Sequence record: DRR723986_3278
Length of the DNA: 35,344 nucleotides
Direction: 5' to 3' (one strand)
Position numbers and translations under genes: made by a program. Below are positions 25,723 through 34,719 of the stretch, piece after piece. The notes below the pieces were generated by a model. It saw only the letters and a program-made list of their open reading frames with translations. It did no database searches and was not told the origin of the DNA. Every line of letters begins with the position of its first letter. Positions within the stretch are counted from its first letter, which is position 1.

Positions 25723-27330
25723 GTGGAAAATTTCGATTATATCATCGTTGGCGCGGGTTCGGCGGGTTGCGTGCTGGCCGAGCGTTTAACAGCATCGGGC
25801 AAGGCCCGTGTTCTGCTGCTCGAGGCAGGGGGGCAGGGCCGCTCGCCCTGGATTGCCTTGCCGCTGGGCTATGGCAAAACCTATTTCGACCCGGCGGTGA
25901 ATTGGAAATTCCAAACCGTGGCCGAGGCCAGTTTGGCCGGGCGCACGGGCTATTGGCCGCGTGGCAAATGCATTGGCGGCTCGGGGGCTATCAATGCCAT
26001 GGTATATGCCCGCGGTCTGCCCAATGATTTTGACGATTGGCAAAAGGCCGGCGCCCAAGGCTGGGGCTGGCAAACTGTGCAGGCCGAATATCAACGCCTG
26101 GAAACCCGGGTTTTGCCCGATGGCAGCACGCTGGGCGATGGGCCGCTGCATATTCAGGATGTGTCAGACCAGGTGCACAAATCCACGCGGCATTTCTTTG
26201 CCGCAAATGCCGAATTGGGCCTGCCCCAAACCGATGATCTAAATGGCCCCACCCCCGAAGGCGCGGCTATTTACCAAATTAACACGCGCAATGGCTGGCG
26301 CAATTCATCGGCGCGGGCGTTTTTGCGGCCGGCGCGGCGGCGGGGCAATTTGCGTATTGTCACAGGCGCCCATGTGCAGCGTATCCGCTTTGACGGGCGG
26401 CGCGCCACGGGCCTGACCTATGTGCAAGGTGGCCAGCAACACAGCGTTCGGGCGAATCGCGAAATTATTTTATCGGCGGGCAGCGTGGCCTCGCCGCGGC
26501 TGTTGCAGCTGTCGGGTATTGGCCCGGCAGATGTGCTGCGCCAACACGGGATTACGCCGCTGTTGGACCGCGCCGAAGTGGGTGCCAACCTGCAAGATCA
26601 TCTGGGCATCAACTACTATTTCCGCGCCACCGAGCCTACGTTGAACAACCTGTTATCGCCCTTGTGGGGCAAGGCGATGGTGGCCTTGCAATACGCCCTG
26701 CGGCGGCGGGGGCCGCTGTCTTTGTCGGTGAACCAATGCGGTGGGTTTTTCAAATCTAGCGCTGATCTGGCCTATCCGGATCAGCAGCTTTATTTCAACC
26801 CCGTCACCTATACCACCACGCCTGATGGTAAACGCTCGGTCATTCGGCCAGACCCGTTTGCCGGCTTTATCCTGGGCTTTCAGCCATCGCGCCCCACCAG
26901 CCGTGGGCGCGTTGATATCAGCAGTGCCGATCCGATGGCCGCGCCGCTGATTGTGCCAAATTCCCTGGACACCGAAGAAGACCGCGCGCAGGTGGTGGCA
27001 GGCGCCCGCCTGTGCCAGCGGTTGGCGCGCACCCGCGCCATGGCGCAGCTGATCGAGGCGCCGATGTATTGCGATATACGCCAGATGGATGATGACCAGA
27101 TTTTAGACGATTTTCGCCAACGCTGCGGCACGGTGTTTCACCCCGTTGGCACCTGCCGCATGGGCAGCGATGCGGGCGCGGTGGTCACGCCAGACCTAAA
27201 GGTGCAGGGCATCACGGGCCTGCGTGTGGTGGATGCCTCGGTTTTTCCAAATATCACCTCGGGCAACACCAATGCCCCAACCATGATGCTGGCCCATCGG
27301 GCCGCCCGATTGATAGCAGAGCAGACATGA
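25723..27330 (+). CDS. GMC family oxidoreductase (choline dehydrogenase-like)
   Basis: FDYIIVGAGSAGCVLA, PRGKCIGGSGAINAM, GANLQDH, FHPVGTCRMG, GNTNAP; GTG start. Confidence 0.95.
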   Translation: MENFDYIIVGAGSAGCVLAERLTASGKARVLLLEAGGQGRSPWIALPLGYGKTYFDPAVNWKFQTVAEASLAGRTGYWPRGKCIGGSGAINAMVYARGLPNDFDDWQKAGAQGWGWQTVQAEYQRLETRVLPDGSTLGDGPLHIQDVSDQVHKSTRHFFAANAELGLPQTDDLNGPTPEGAAIYQINTRNGWRNSSARAFLRPARRRGNLRIVTGAHVQRIRFDGRRATGLTYVQGGQQHSVRANREIILSAGSVASPRLLQLSGIGPADVLRQHGITPLLDRAEVGANLQDHLGINYYFRATEPTLNNLLSPLWGKAMVALQYALRRRGPLSLSVNQCGGFFKSSADLAYPDQQLYFNPVTYTTTPDGKRSVIRPDPFAGFILGFQPSRPTSRGRVDISSADPMAAPLIVPNSLDTEEDRAQVVAGARLCQRLARTRAMAQLIEAPMYCDIRQMDDDQILDDFRQRCGTVFHPVGTCRMGSDAGAVVTPDLKVQGITGLRVVDASVFPNITSGNTNAPTMMLAHRAARLIAEQT

Positions 27331-28502
27331 GCATTCCCTATTCCGCCTCGGGGGCGGTGCCCCTGCGCCACAAATTGGGCCAGGACGATACGGGCCCACG
27401 CATTTCCAGCATTGAAACCTTTGCAACCCCGCTGGTGGGGTTTGTGCGTGTCACCACCGAAGACGGGGTGCAGGGCTGGGGGCAGGTTTCTACCTATAAC
27501 AGCGATATTTCTTGCGAAATTTTGCACCGCCAGGTGGCGCCTTGGGCCCTTGGGCGGGGGGTGGATGCGCTGGAAGAGATTATTGCCGATATCCCCTTGC
27601 GCGAACATAAATACCCCGGCACGTTTTTGCGCCGCGCCATGGCCGGGCTGGATACCGCCGTATGGGATTGGCGCGGGCAGGTGGCGGGCCAGCCGGTTGC
27701 GGCGCTACTGGGGGGCAGTGCCGGGCCGCTGCGGGCCTATGCCTCGTCTATGCGGCGCGATATCTCGCCCCAAGACGAGGCCGCGCGCCTGCAGGCCCTG
27801 CGCGATGCCCATGGTTTTGATGCGTTCAAGGTGCGTATCGGTGCCGAATGCGGCCGTGATGTTGATGAATGGCCCGGCCGCACGGAAGAGATTATTCCCA
27901 CCATTCGCCAGGCCATGGGCGATAAGGCGGCGCTGTTGGTTGATGCCAATTCGGCCTTTGGCGTGCAGCGCGCCATCGATGTGGGCCACATGCTGCAAGA
28001 TCACGGGTTTGAGCATTACGAAGAGCCATGCCCCTATTGGGAGCTGGAACAAACCGCCGCGGTCAGTGCCGCGCTTGATATCGCCGTCACAGGGGGCGAG
28101 CAGGATTGGGATATGCAGGTGTGGAAACGCATGATCGCCCTGCGTGCGGTGGATGTGATACAGCCCGATATCCTATATCTGGGGGGCATCGGCCGCACGA
28201 TGCAGGTGGCGCAAATGGGGGCCGCCGCCGGCCTGCCCTGCACGCCGCATTGCGCCAACCTGTCATTGGTGACGCTGTTTACCATGCATGTTTTGCGCGC
28301 GCTTCCCAATGCCGGCAAATATCTGGAATTTTCGATCGAGGGCGATGATTACTACCCCTGGCAGCGCCAGCTTTTTGTCAGCGATCCCTATAAAATTACC
28401 GATGGGCAGGCCCATGTCAGCGATGCGCCCGGTTGGGGGGTGCAGGTGGCGCCAGAATGGTTGGCCAAATCGGCCTATCGCTGCTCTGCGTTCGAGGGCT
28501 AA
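27327..28502 (+). CDS. Mandelate racemase/muconate lactonizing enzyme family (enolase superfamily) protein
   Basis: AGLDTAVWD, FKVRIG, VDAN, EEP, GGEQ, QPD, TPH; ATGA overlap with the GMC gene. Confidence 0.92.
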   Translation: MSIPYSASGAVPLRHKLGQDDTGPRISSIETFATPLVGFVRVTTEDGVQGWGQVSTYNSDISCEILHRQVAPWALGRGVDALEEIIADIPLREHKYPGTFLRRAMAGLDTAVWDWRGQVAGQPVAALLGGSAGPLRAYASSMRRDISPQDEAARLQALRDAHGFDAFKVRIGAECGRDVDEWPGRTEEIIPTIRQAMGDKAALLVDANSAFGVQRAIDVGHMLQDHGFEHYEEPCPYWELEQTAAVSAALDIAVTGGEQDWDMQVWKRMIALRAVDVIQPDILYLGGIGRTMQVAQMGAAAGLPCTPHCANLSLVTLFTMHVLRALPNAGKYLEFSIEGDDYYPWQRQLFVSDPYKITDGQAHVSDAPGWGVQVAPEWLAKSAYRCSAFEG

Positions 28503-28504
28503 GG

Positions 28505-28530
28505 CCACAAAGCTCACAAAGCCCACAAAA
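28505..28530. repeat. 9-bp tandem repeat, about 3 copies
   Basis: CCACAAAGC-TCACAAAGC-CCACAAAA immediately before the terminator. Confidence 0.7.
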
Positions 28531-28564
28531 AAGGGGCGGCGCCGGGTGGCACCGCCCCTTTTTT
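28527..28564. terminator. Bidirectional Rho-independent terminator
   Basis: AAAAAA-GGGGCGGCGCC-GGGT-GGCACCGCCCC-TTTTTT between convergent genes. The single mismatch becomes a G-U pair on the - strand. Confidence 0.9.
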
Positions 28565-28580
28565 ACGTCTGGCCGCGGCT

Positions 28581-29501
28581 CTAGCTGGGGCTGATGCCGC
28601 GCAGCCGTTCCGAGCGGCGGCGCAGCAGTTCAACCGTGGTCAGCAGCGCAATCGAGATAATCACCAATATTGTCGCCACCGACAAAATGGCCGGGCTGAT
28701 CTGCTCGCGGATACCGTTCCACATTTGGCGGGGGATGGTTTGCTCGTCTAGGCCACCGACGAACAGCACCACAACCACCTCGTCAAACGAGGTTACAAAG
28801 GCAAACAGCGCGCCCGAGATCACACCAGGCAAAATCAGCGGCATTTGCACGCGGCGGAATGTGGTGACAGGATCGGCGCCCAAATTGGCGGCGGCACGCG
28901 TGAGCGAATGATCAAACCCCACCAGCGTGGCGGTAACGGTGATGATCACAAAGGGAATGCCCAAAGTGGCATGCGCCAGCACAACGCCCAAATAGGGAAT
29001 GCCCCAATCCTGGATGTTGATCGACGAGTAGAAAAAGAACAGCCCCGTGGCCACGATGATGATTGGCACGATCATCGGCGAAATCAGAATGGCCATGATG
29101 GCCCGGCGATAGGGCATTTCTGGGCGGCTTAGGCCAAGTGCTGCCACTGTGCCCAGGAATGTTGCGATGACGGTCGAGAAAAAGCCGATGATCACGCTGT
29201 TTTTCGCGGCGTTGATCCAGTTGGCATTGGCCCATGCATCCGCCCACCAGCTGCTATCGCGGGCGGCGTCTGGATCGGTCATGCCGAAGGTCAGCAGCAG
29301 GTCATACCAGCGCATCGAATAGCCGGTTGGATCCAGCTTCAGCATCTTTTCCGTAAAGGTGAAATACGGCTCGATGTTAAAGCTTAGCGGGATCACCACC
29401 AGAATAGGGGCAATCAAGAACAGGAAGATCAGCGCACAGATCACCAGATAGGTGTAATGCCAAACCCGTTCCAATGTAGAGGCGTGATTAGGAAGTGCCA
29501 T
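28581..29501 (-). CDS. Polyamine-type ABC transporter permease (PotC-like)
   Basis: PMIVPII, LAHATLGIPFV, AAANLGA, TSFDEVVV. Confidence 0.93.
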   Translation of the reverse strand: MALPNHASTLERVWHYTYLVICALIFLFLIAPILVVIPLSFNIEPYFTFTEKMLKLDPTGYSMRWYDLLLTFGMTDPDAARDSSWWADAWANANWINAAKNSVIIGFFSTVIATFLGTVAALGLSRPEMPYRRAIMAILISPMIVPIIIVATGLFFFYSSINIQDWGIPYLGVVLAHATLGIPFVIITVTATLVGFDHSLTRAAANLGADPVTTFRRVQMPLILPGVISGALFAFVTSFDEVVVVLFVGGLDEQTIPRQMWNGIREQISPAILSVATILVIISIALLTTVELLRRRSERLRGISPS

Positions 29502-29504
29502 GGC

Positions 29505-30803
29505 TTACCCCAGTTTCAAATTGTCGATGCCGATCAGGCGATCGTAAAGCCAATACAAGATCAAGATGCCGCCCAGCAGCAGGGCTGCCAGTGCTGCGGC
29601 CAGTGACCAGTTCAGCGATTTTTGCATGTGAAAGGCGATGAGGTTCGAGATCAGCTGCCCATCAGCGCCACCCACCAGGGCAGGCGTGATGTAATAGCCA
29701 ACAGCCAAAATGAACACCAACAGCGCGCCCGCCCCAATACCCGGTACGGTCTGCGGGAAATAGATGCGGCGGAACGCCGTCCAGCTGGTGGCGCCCAGGC
29801 TGCGGGCGGCGCGCACATAAGAGGGGTTGATCGGGCGCATCACCGAATAAAGCGGCAGCACCATGAAGGGCAGCAAGATATGCGTCATCGCAATGACCGT
29901 GCCCATTTGGTTATACATCATCTGCAGGCGGTTTTCATCGCCCAAGAGGCCCAGGCCAACAAGGCTGTCGTTTACCACACCTTGGCTTTGCAGCAGCACC
30001 ATCCAGCTGGTTGTGCGCACCAAAAGCGATGTCCAAAACGGCAGCAGAACCAAGATCATCAGCAGGTTAGAATAGCGCAGTGGCAAGGTGGCCAGCAGAT
30101 GGGCAATGGGATAGCCCAGAACAAAGGTCAGGAAGGTGATCAGCACCGACAAAAACAGCGTGCGGGTGAACAGCGTAACATAGACCTGCCGGTTTTCATT
30201 TACCTTTTCGATGCTGCCATCCGAGCTGCGCGTCAGGTCTAGCGCGGCAAGATAAAAGTTAAACGTATAGGCCGACGAGGCATCGCGCATCACGCGCCAC
30301 AGATCGGGGTTATTCCAGTCTTTGTCGAGATCCAGGAACGCATCCTTATAGGGCGCTTCCAGCTTTTTGGCTTGGCGTGCCGCTTTGGTAAACATCGACC
30401 GCGTGCCAGACAGCTCGTAGTTGATGCGCGTGCCGGCCTGGCCTGGGGCCTTTAATTCGCGCAGCACAACCATATCGGCGGCCAAGGCGGCAAAGGCCTC
30501 TTCTGTGGGTTCGGTGCCGGCAGGGTTGGCATCGAACCAGGCTTTCAAATTGGTCATGATCGGCGTGCGCACGCCGGTGCCGATATCTTCGTGCATGGTG
30601 AAACCGTCGTTATGGAACGAACGGTGCAACATCTGCCCGATAGGGGCCACAAAGGTGATCAGGATGAAGGCCAACAACGGCAACACAAGGAAAAACGCCC
30701 TGCGTCGTGCATGTGATTGTGCACTGGCCAAAGCAGCCTTGAGCGGCTTTCCATCTGCTGTCGTCAGCTTGGCGGGGGCGCCATTTGCTGTTGCGTCGGT
30801 CAT
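29505..30803 (-). CDS. Polyamine-type ABC transporter permease (PotB-like) with a large extra loop
   Basis: LGYPIA, LPFWTSLLVRTTSW, LPFMVLPLY, AARSLGA, YYITPALVGG. Start placed at ATG 30803. Confidence 0.92.
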   Translation of the reverse strand: MTDATANGAPAKLTTADGKPLKAALASAQSHARRRAFFLVLPLLAFILITFVAPIGQMLHRSFHNDGFTMHEDIGTGVRTPIMTNLKAWFDANPAGTEPTEEAFAALAADMVVLRELKAPGQAGTRINYELSGTRSMFTKAARQAKKLEAPYKDAFLDLDKDWNNPDLWRVMRDASSAYTFNFYLAALDLTRSSDGSIEKVNENRQVYVTLFTRTLFLSVLITFLTFVLGYPIAHLLATLPLRYSNLLMILVLLPFWTSLLVRTTSWMVLLQSQGVVNDSLVGLGLLGDENRLQMMYNQMGTVIAMTHILLPFMVLPLYSVMRPINPSYVRAARSLGATSWTAFRRIYFPQTVPGIGAGALLVFILAVGYYITPALVGGADGQLISNLIAFHMQKSLNWSLAAALAALLLGGILILYWLYDRLIGIDNLKLG

Positions 30804-30861
30804 ATTATCTTTACCCTGCTGTCGGTGTGGGGCGGGCCATGGGCCCACCCGCTGCGGTGGT

Positions 30862-30882
30862 GGGGCCAGCAGTGCCGGCCCC
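30862..30882 (-). other. Intercistronic stem-loop after the PotD-like gene
   Basis: On the - strand GGGGCCGGC-ACT-GCTGGCCCC. Same position relative to the binding-protein gene as the 5204-5231 hairpin. Confidence 0.5.
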
Positions 30883-30899
30883 GTTTTCCGCGATATCGC

Positions 30900-31973
30900 T
30901 TATTGAGCCAGCCAAGCGTTGAAACGCTCGTTCAGCTCGGCGTCTTTATCAACCCAGAACTCGAAGTTGTTGACCAAAGCATTGGTCAGGTTCGCAGCTG
31001 CGGTGGGCATGTGGGGGGCCATTTCGGTTTTGCCGTCCGAATATTTGCCAACCAATGCGCCCGACGATTTACGCGCAGGGCCATACGAGATCCACGAGGC
31101 CTGATCAGCCAGGCGCTGCGTGTCGGTCGAGAAGGCGATGAACTGCATTGCTGCGTCTTTGTTCGGCGCGCCTTTGGGAACCACAAACAGGTCGAAATCC
31201 AGGATCTGGCCGTCCCATACCACTTCCAGTGGCTGGTTTTCGGCAACGGCTGCGTTGAAGATACGGCCGTTATAGGCGGTCGACATTACAACTTCGCCAT
31301 CGGCCAGCAGCTGTGGCGGCTGTGCGCCGGCTTCCCACCAGACGATATCGCTTTTGATGGTGTCCAGCTTGGCGAACGCGCGGTCTACGCCTTCGTCGGT
31401 GTCCAGCACATCGTACACTTCGCCAGCGGGCACGCCATCGGCCATCAGTGCCATTTCCAGCGTTGCTTTGGCCGATTTACGCAGGCCGCGCTTGCCGGGG
31501 AATTTAGCGGTGTCGAAGAAATCAGCAATCGTGGTGGGGGTGCCGCTGACGTTTTGCGAGTTATACGCATAAACGGTGGACCACACGATGTTGGCAACGG
31601 CGCAATCTTGCAGCGCGCCTTCGATGAAGTCTTCGGTTGCCGGGGTGCCATCGGGGGCAGCGGGCAGCATCGCGTGATCGATCGGCTCTAGCAGGCCTTC
31701 ATCGCACAGGCGCACGGCATCCGAGAATTCCACGTCGGCCACATCGATCGATACATTGCCGGCCTCGACCTGTGCTTTGATCGGGGTTGCGGGGTTGTCG
31801 GCATCGACCGAGTTTACCTTGATGTTGGTGCTTGCGGTAAAGGGCTTGTGATAGGCCTCGACCTGGCTTTTGGTATAGGCGCCGCCCCAGGACATCACGG
31901 TGATTTCCTGCGCTTGCGCAGCAAATGCAACACCAGTCAGGGCTGTCGCCATCAGAGCTGTTTTGAGTTTCAT
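30900..31973 (-). CDS. Polyamine-type ABC transporter substrate-binding protein (PotD/PotF-like)
   Basis: Signal peptide; SWGGAY, KFPGKRGLRK, LEMALMADGV, AYNGR, RFNAWL. Confidence 0.93.
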   Translation of the reverse strand: MKLKTALMATALTGVAFAAQAQEITVMSWGGAYTKSQVEAYHKPFTASTNIKVNSVDADNPATPIKAQVEAGNVSIDVADVEFSDAVRLCDEGLLEPIDHAMLPAAPDGTPATEDFIEGALQDCAVANIVWSTVYAYNSQNVSGTPTTIADFFDTAKFPGKRGLRKSAKATLEMALMADGVPAGEVYDVLDTDEGVDRAFAKLDTIKSDIVWWEAGAQPPQLLADGEVVMSTAYNGRIFNAAVAENQPLEVVWDGQILDFDLFVVPKGAPNKDAAMQFIAFSTDTQRLADQASWISYGPARKSSGALVGKYSDGKTEMAPHMPTAAANLTNALVNNFEFWVDKDAELNERFNAWLAQ

Positions 31974-32088
31974 TTCATACTCCCAAATGTACCCGTATTT
32001 TCAATTGGCGGAGGGCAGCGTGACGGGCAGACCATCTGCCCTCCTGAAACGACCGCGCCCCTTTGGGGGCACGGCTGTTCTTTGGCCG

Positions 32089-33189
32089 TTACGCATCAAG
32101 CGCGCGGCAATCCTGTGGCAACCAGCCAATATCGATCTGGGTGCCGGGCGTCATGCGCACCTGATCGGGGGCGTTGCGGGTTTTTACGATAAATTCGTCG
32201 TTGCCGGCCACACGCAGACGGGTGCGGAAAATATCGCCCATATAGATGAATTCCAGCACTTCGGCCTTTAGCGTATGCGCGCCAGGCTGCAGGCGGGCGG
32301 GGTTTACCTCGACACGCTCGGGGCGGATGGAAACGCAGGTGCGTTCGCCCACCTTCGATACGTTCACCGGCTTGGCATCGATCACCTCGCCATTGTCCAG
32401 CTTGACCTCGCACAGATCGCCCTTGATTGCGGTGATCACGCCATTGAGCGTGTTATTTTCACCGATAAACTGGGCAACAAAGCTGTTTTGCGGGGTTTCA
32501 TACAGCTGGTCTGGCGGCGCCAATTGCTGGATCACACCATCGTTAAACACGGCAACCCTGTCAGACATGGTCAGCGCTTCGGTTTGGTCGTGGGTCACAT
32601 ACACCGTGGTAATGCCCAGCTCGTGCGCCAGACGGGTGATTTCAAACTGCATATGTTCGCGCAGCTGTTTATCCAGCGCGCCCAGCGGTTCGTCCATCAG
32701 CACCAGCTCGGGTTCGAACACCAGCGCGCGGGCAAGCGCGATACGCTGCTGCTGGCCACCCGACAGCTGCGCAGGGCGGCGATTGGCAAACTGGCCCATC
32801 TGCACCATATCCAGCGCGCGCTTGATTTTTTCTTCGCGGGTCGATTTGGCGATGCCGCGCACCTCTAGCGGAAAGCTTAGGTTTTCGCCCACCGTCATAT
32901 GCGGAAACAGCGCATAGCTTTGGAACACCATGCCGATGCCACGCTTATGCGGCGGGATATTGTTGATCGGACGACCGTCCAACAAAATCTCGCCATGGGT
33001 GGCGGTTTCAAAGCCAGCCAGCATCATCAGGCAGGTGGTTTTCCCCGAACCCGACGGGCCTAGCATGGTTAAAAACTCGCCACGTGGCAGGGTGAGGTTT
33101 AGGTCTTTAACGACCAGCGTCTCGCCGTCGTAGCTTTTTTGAACGCGGTCAAACACCACGAACGCGTCGTCGTTCTTTCCGTTGGCCAA
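32089..33189 (-). CDS. Polyamine-type ABC transporter ATP-binding protein (PotA-like)
   Basis: GPSGSGKTT, LSGGQQQR, MDEPLGALD, VTHDQTEA, C-terminal TOBE-like region; TTG start after GGGAG. Confidence 0.95.
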   Translation of the reverse strand: MANGKNDDAFVVFDRVQKSYDGETLVVKDLNLTLPRGEFLTMLGPSGSGKTTCLMMLAGFETATHGEILLDGRPINNIPPHKRGIGMVFQSYALFPHMTVGENLSFPLEVRGIAKSTREEKIKRALDMVQMGQFANRRPAQLSGGQQQRIALARALVFEPELVLMDEPLGALDKQLREHMQFEITRLAHELGITTVYVTHDQTEALTMSDRVAVFNDGVIQQLAPPDQLYETPQNSFVAQFIGENNTLNGVITAIKGDLCEVKLDNGEVIDAKPVNVSKVGERTCVSIRPERVEVNPARLQPGAHTLKAEVLEFIYMGDIFRTRLRVAGNDEFIVKTRNAPDQVRMTPGTQIDIGWLPQDCRALDA

Positions 33190-33291
33190 GGTGGCTCCCC
33201 GTTTTTTCTATGCGGGCGTACCCGCCTCTTATCCGCCCCTGACTAAACCGACTCTTGCCTGCTCATGCAATACGCATGCGTCGTTTTCCAC

Positions 33292-33425
33292 GTGAATTGC
33301 GCCAAATTCGGGAACAAAGCCCAAAACTTGGGTCAATCAGCGGGCATTTGCCTGTGAATCTGCGCCAAATGGGCGATTCACCTGAGGCCTGCGTAAATAT
33401 GGCGCCTTTCAGGGGGAAATGGCGC
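33292..33425. promoter_or_regulatory. Repeated GCGCCA-containing motifs in the divergent potA/doeA intergenic region
   Basis: GTGAATTGCGCCAAAT (33292-33307) and GTGAATCTGCGCCAAAT (33354-33370); inverted copies TGGCGC at 33400 and 33420. Confidence 0.45.
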
Positions 33426-33509
33426 TGCAATCTTGCGTCAAAAAGCGTCGTTTCCGAAATGTCGGGTTCGCTTAGGTTTTGGCAATCTGGCCCCAAACAG
33501 GAGGCCAGA

Positions 33510-34694
33510 ATGCAAAACCCCGACATCCCTTTTTCGCGCGCCGAATATGACCGCCGCATCGCCGCCACCCGCCAAGCTATGGCCAAAGCGGGCCTTGATG
33601 TGCTGTTTGTGACAGATCCATCCAATATGGCATGGCTGACGGCCTATGACGGCTGGTCGTTTTACGTGCACCAAGGCGTTATTTTGCGCATGCAGGGCGA
33701 TCCGGTGTGGTGGGGCCGCGGCATGGATGCCAATGGCGCGCGGCGCACCACATGGCTGGGCGCTGATGATATCCGCCCCTATACTGACAACTATGTGCAA
33801 TCTACCGAACGCCACCCGATGCAGCATTTGGCCCAGCTGCTGGCCGAATATGGCGCCGCGACCCAGCGCATCGGTGTCGAGATGGAAAACTACTATTATT
33901 CCGCCAAGGCGCATGAAACCCTGTGCACCAGCCTGCCCGAGGCGCAGATTGTAGATGCCACCGCGCTGGTGAATTGGCAGCGCCTGATCAAATCCGACGA
34001 AGAGATCGCCTTTATGCGCCGCGCCGCCCGCATCGCCGAGAAAATGGTGGATGGTGCGTTGGAACGCGCCCGCCCGGGCCTGCGCAAAAACGAACTGGTG
34101 GCCGAGATTTACCGCGATGCTCTGCTGGGCGTGGGCGAGGATTGGGGCGATTATCCCGCCATTGTGCCCATGTGCCCATCAGGGGCCGATGCCAGCGCCC
34201 CCCATCTTACCTGGAATGGCCAGGAAATGCGCCAGGACGAATGCACATTTTTCGAGCTGGCAGGCGTTTATCGGCGCTATCACACACCGTTTTGCCGCAC
34301 TGTTTGGCTGGGCACCCCCCCTGATGAGGTAAAGCGCGCCGAAGCGGCCCTGATCGAGGGGCTAGAGGCCGGCCTGCAAGCCGCCCGTGCCGGCAACCGC
34401 GCCTGTGATATTGCCAATGCCCTGGGCGATGTCTTGACGCGCGCCGGTATCGAGCGCGGCGCGCGCTGTGGCTATCCCATCGGCCTGTCTTACCCCCCCG
34501 ATTGGGGCGAGCGCACCGTGTCTTTGCGGGCCGAGGATGACGCCGTGCTGCAGCCTGGCATGACGTTTCATTTCATGCCAGGCCTATGGATGCAGAATTG
34601 GGGGCTGGAGATTACCGAATCTATTCTCATCACCGCTGACGGGCCGGCAGAAACCTTTTGCAACCGGCCCCGGCAGCTGTTTGTGAAACCCTAA
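33510..34694 (+). CDS. doeA: Ectoine hydrolase (DoeA/EutD)-like M24-fold amidohydrolase
   Basis: DPSNMAWLTAYDGWSFYVHQ, YVQSTERHPM, ASAPHLTW, RCGYPIGLSYPPDWGERT, FHFMPGLW. Lacks the usual M24 metal ligands, as EutD does. CAGGAGG RBS before ATG 33510. Confidence 0.85.
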   Translation: MQNPDIPFSRAEYDRRIAATRQAMAKAGLDVLFVTDPSNMAWLTAYDGWSFYVHQGVILRMQGDPVWWGRGMDANGARRTTWLGADDIRPYTDNYVQSTERHPMQHLAQLLAEYGAATQRIGVEMENYYYSAKAHETLCTSLPEAQIVDATALVNWQRLIKSDEEIAFMRRAARIAEKMVDGALERARPGLRKNELVAEIYRDALLGVGEDWGDYPAIVPMCPSGADASAPHLTWNGQEMRQDECTFFELAGVYRRYHTPFCRTVWLGTPPDEVKRAEAALIEGLEAGLQAARAGNRACDIANALGDVLTRAGIERGARCGYPIGLSYPPDWGERTVSLRAEDDAVLQPGMTFHFMPGLWMQNWGLEITESILITADGPAETFCNRPRQLFVKP

Positions 34695-34719
34695 AGCGCC
34701 AAAGATTGGGCCGTGCGGC

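Noticed and set aside
25723-27330. Assignment as betA (choline dehydrogenase)
   Set aside because: GMC motifs do not define the substrate, and no betB, betI or betC lies nearby.
30717-31691. 324-aa ORF on the + strand
   Set aside because: It is the antisense shadow of the PotD-like gene, with no protein-like features.
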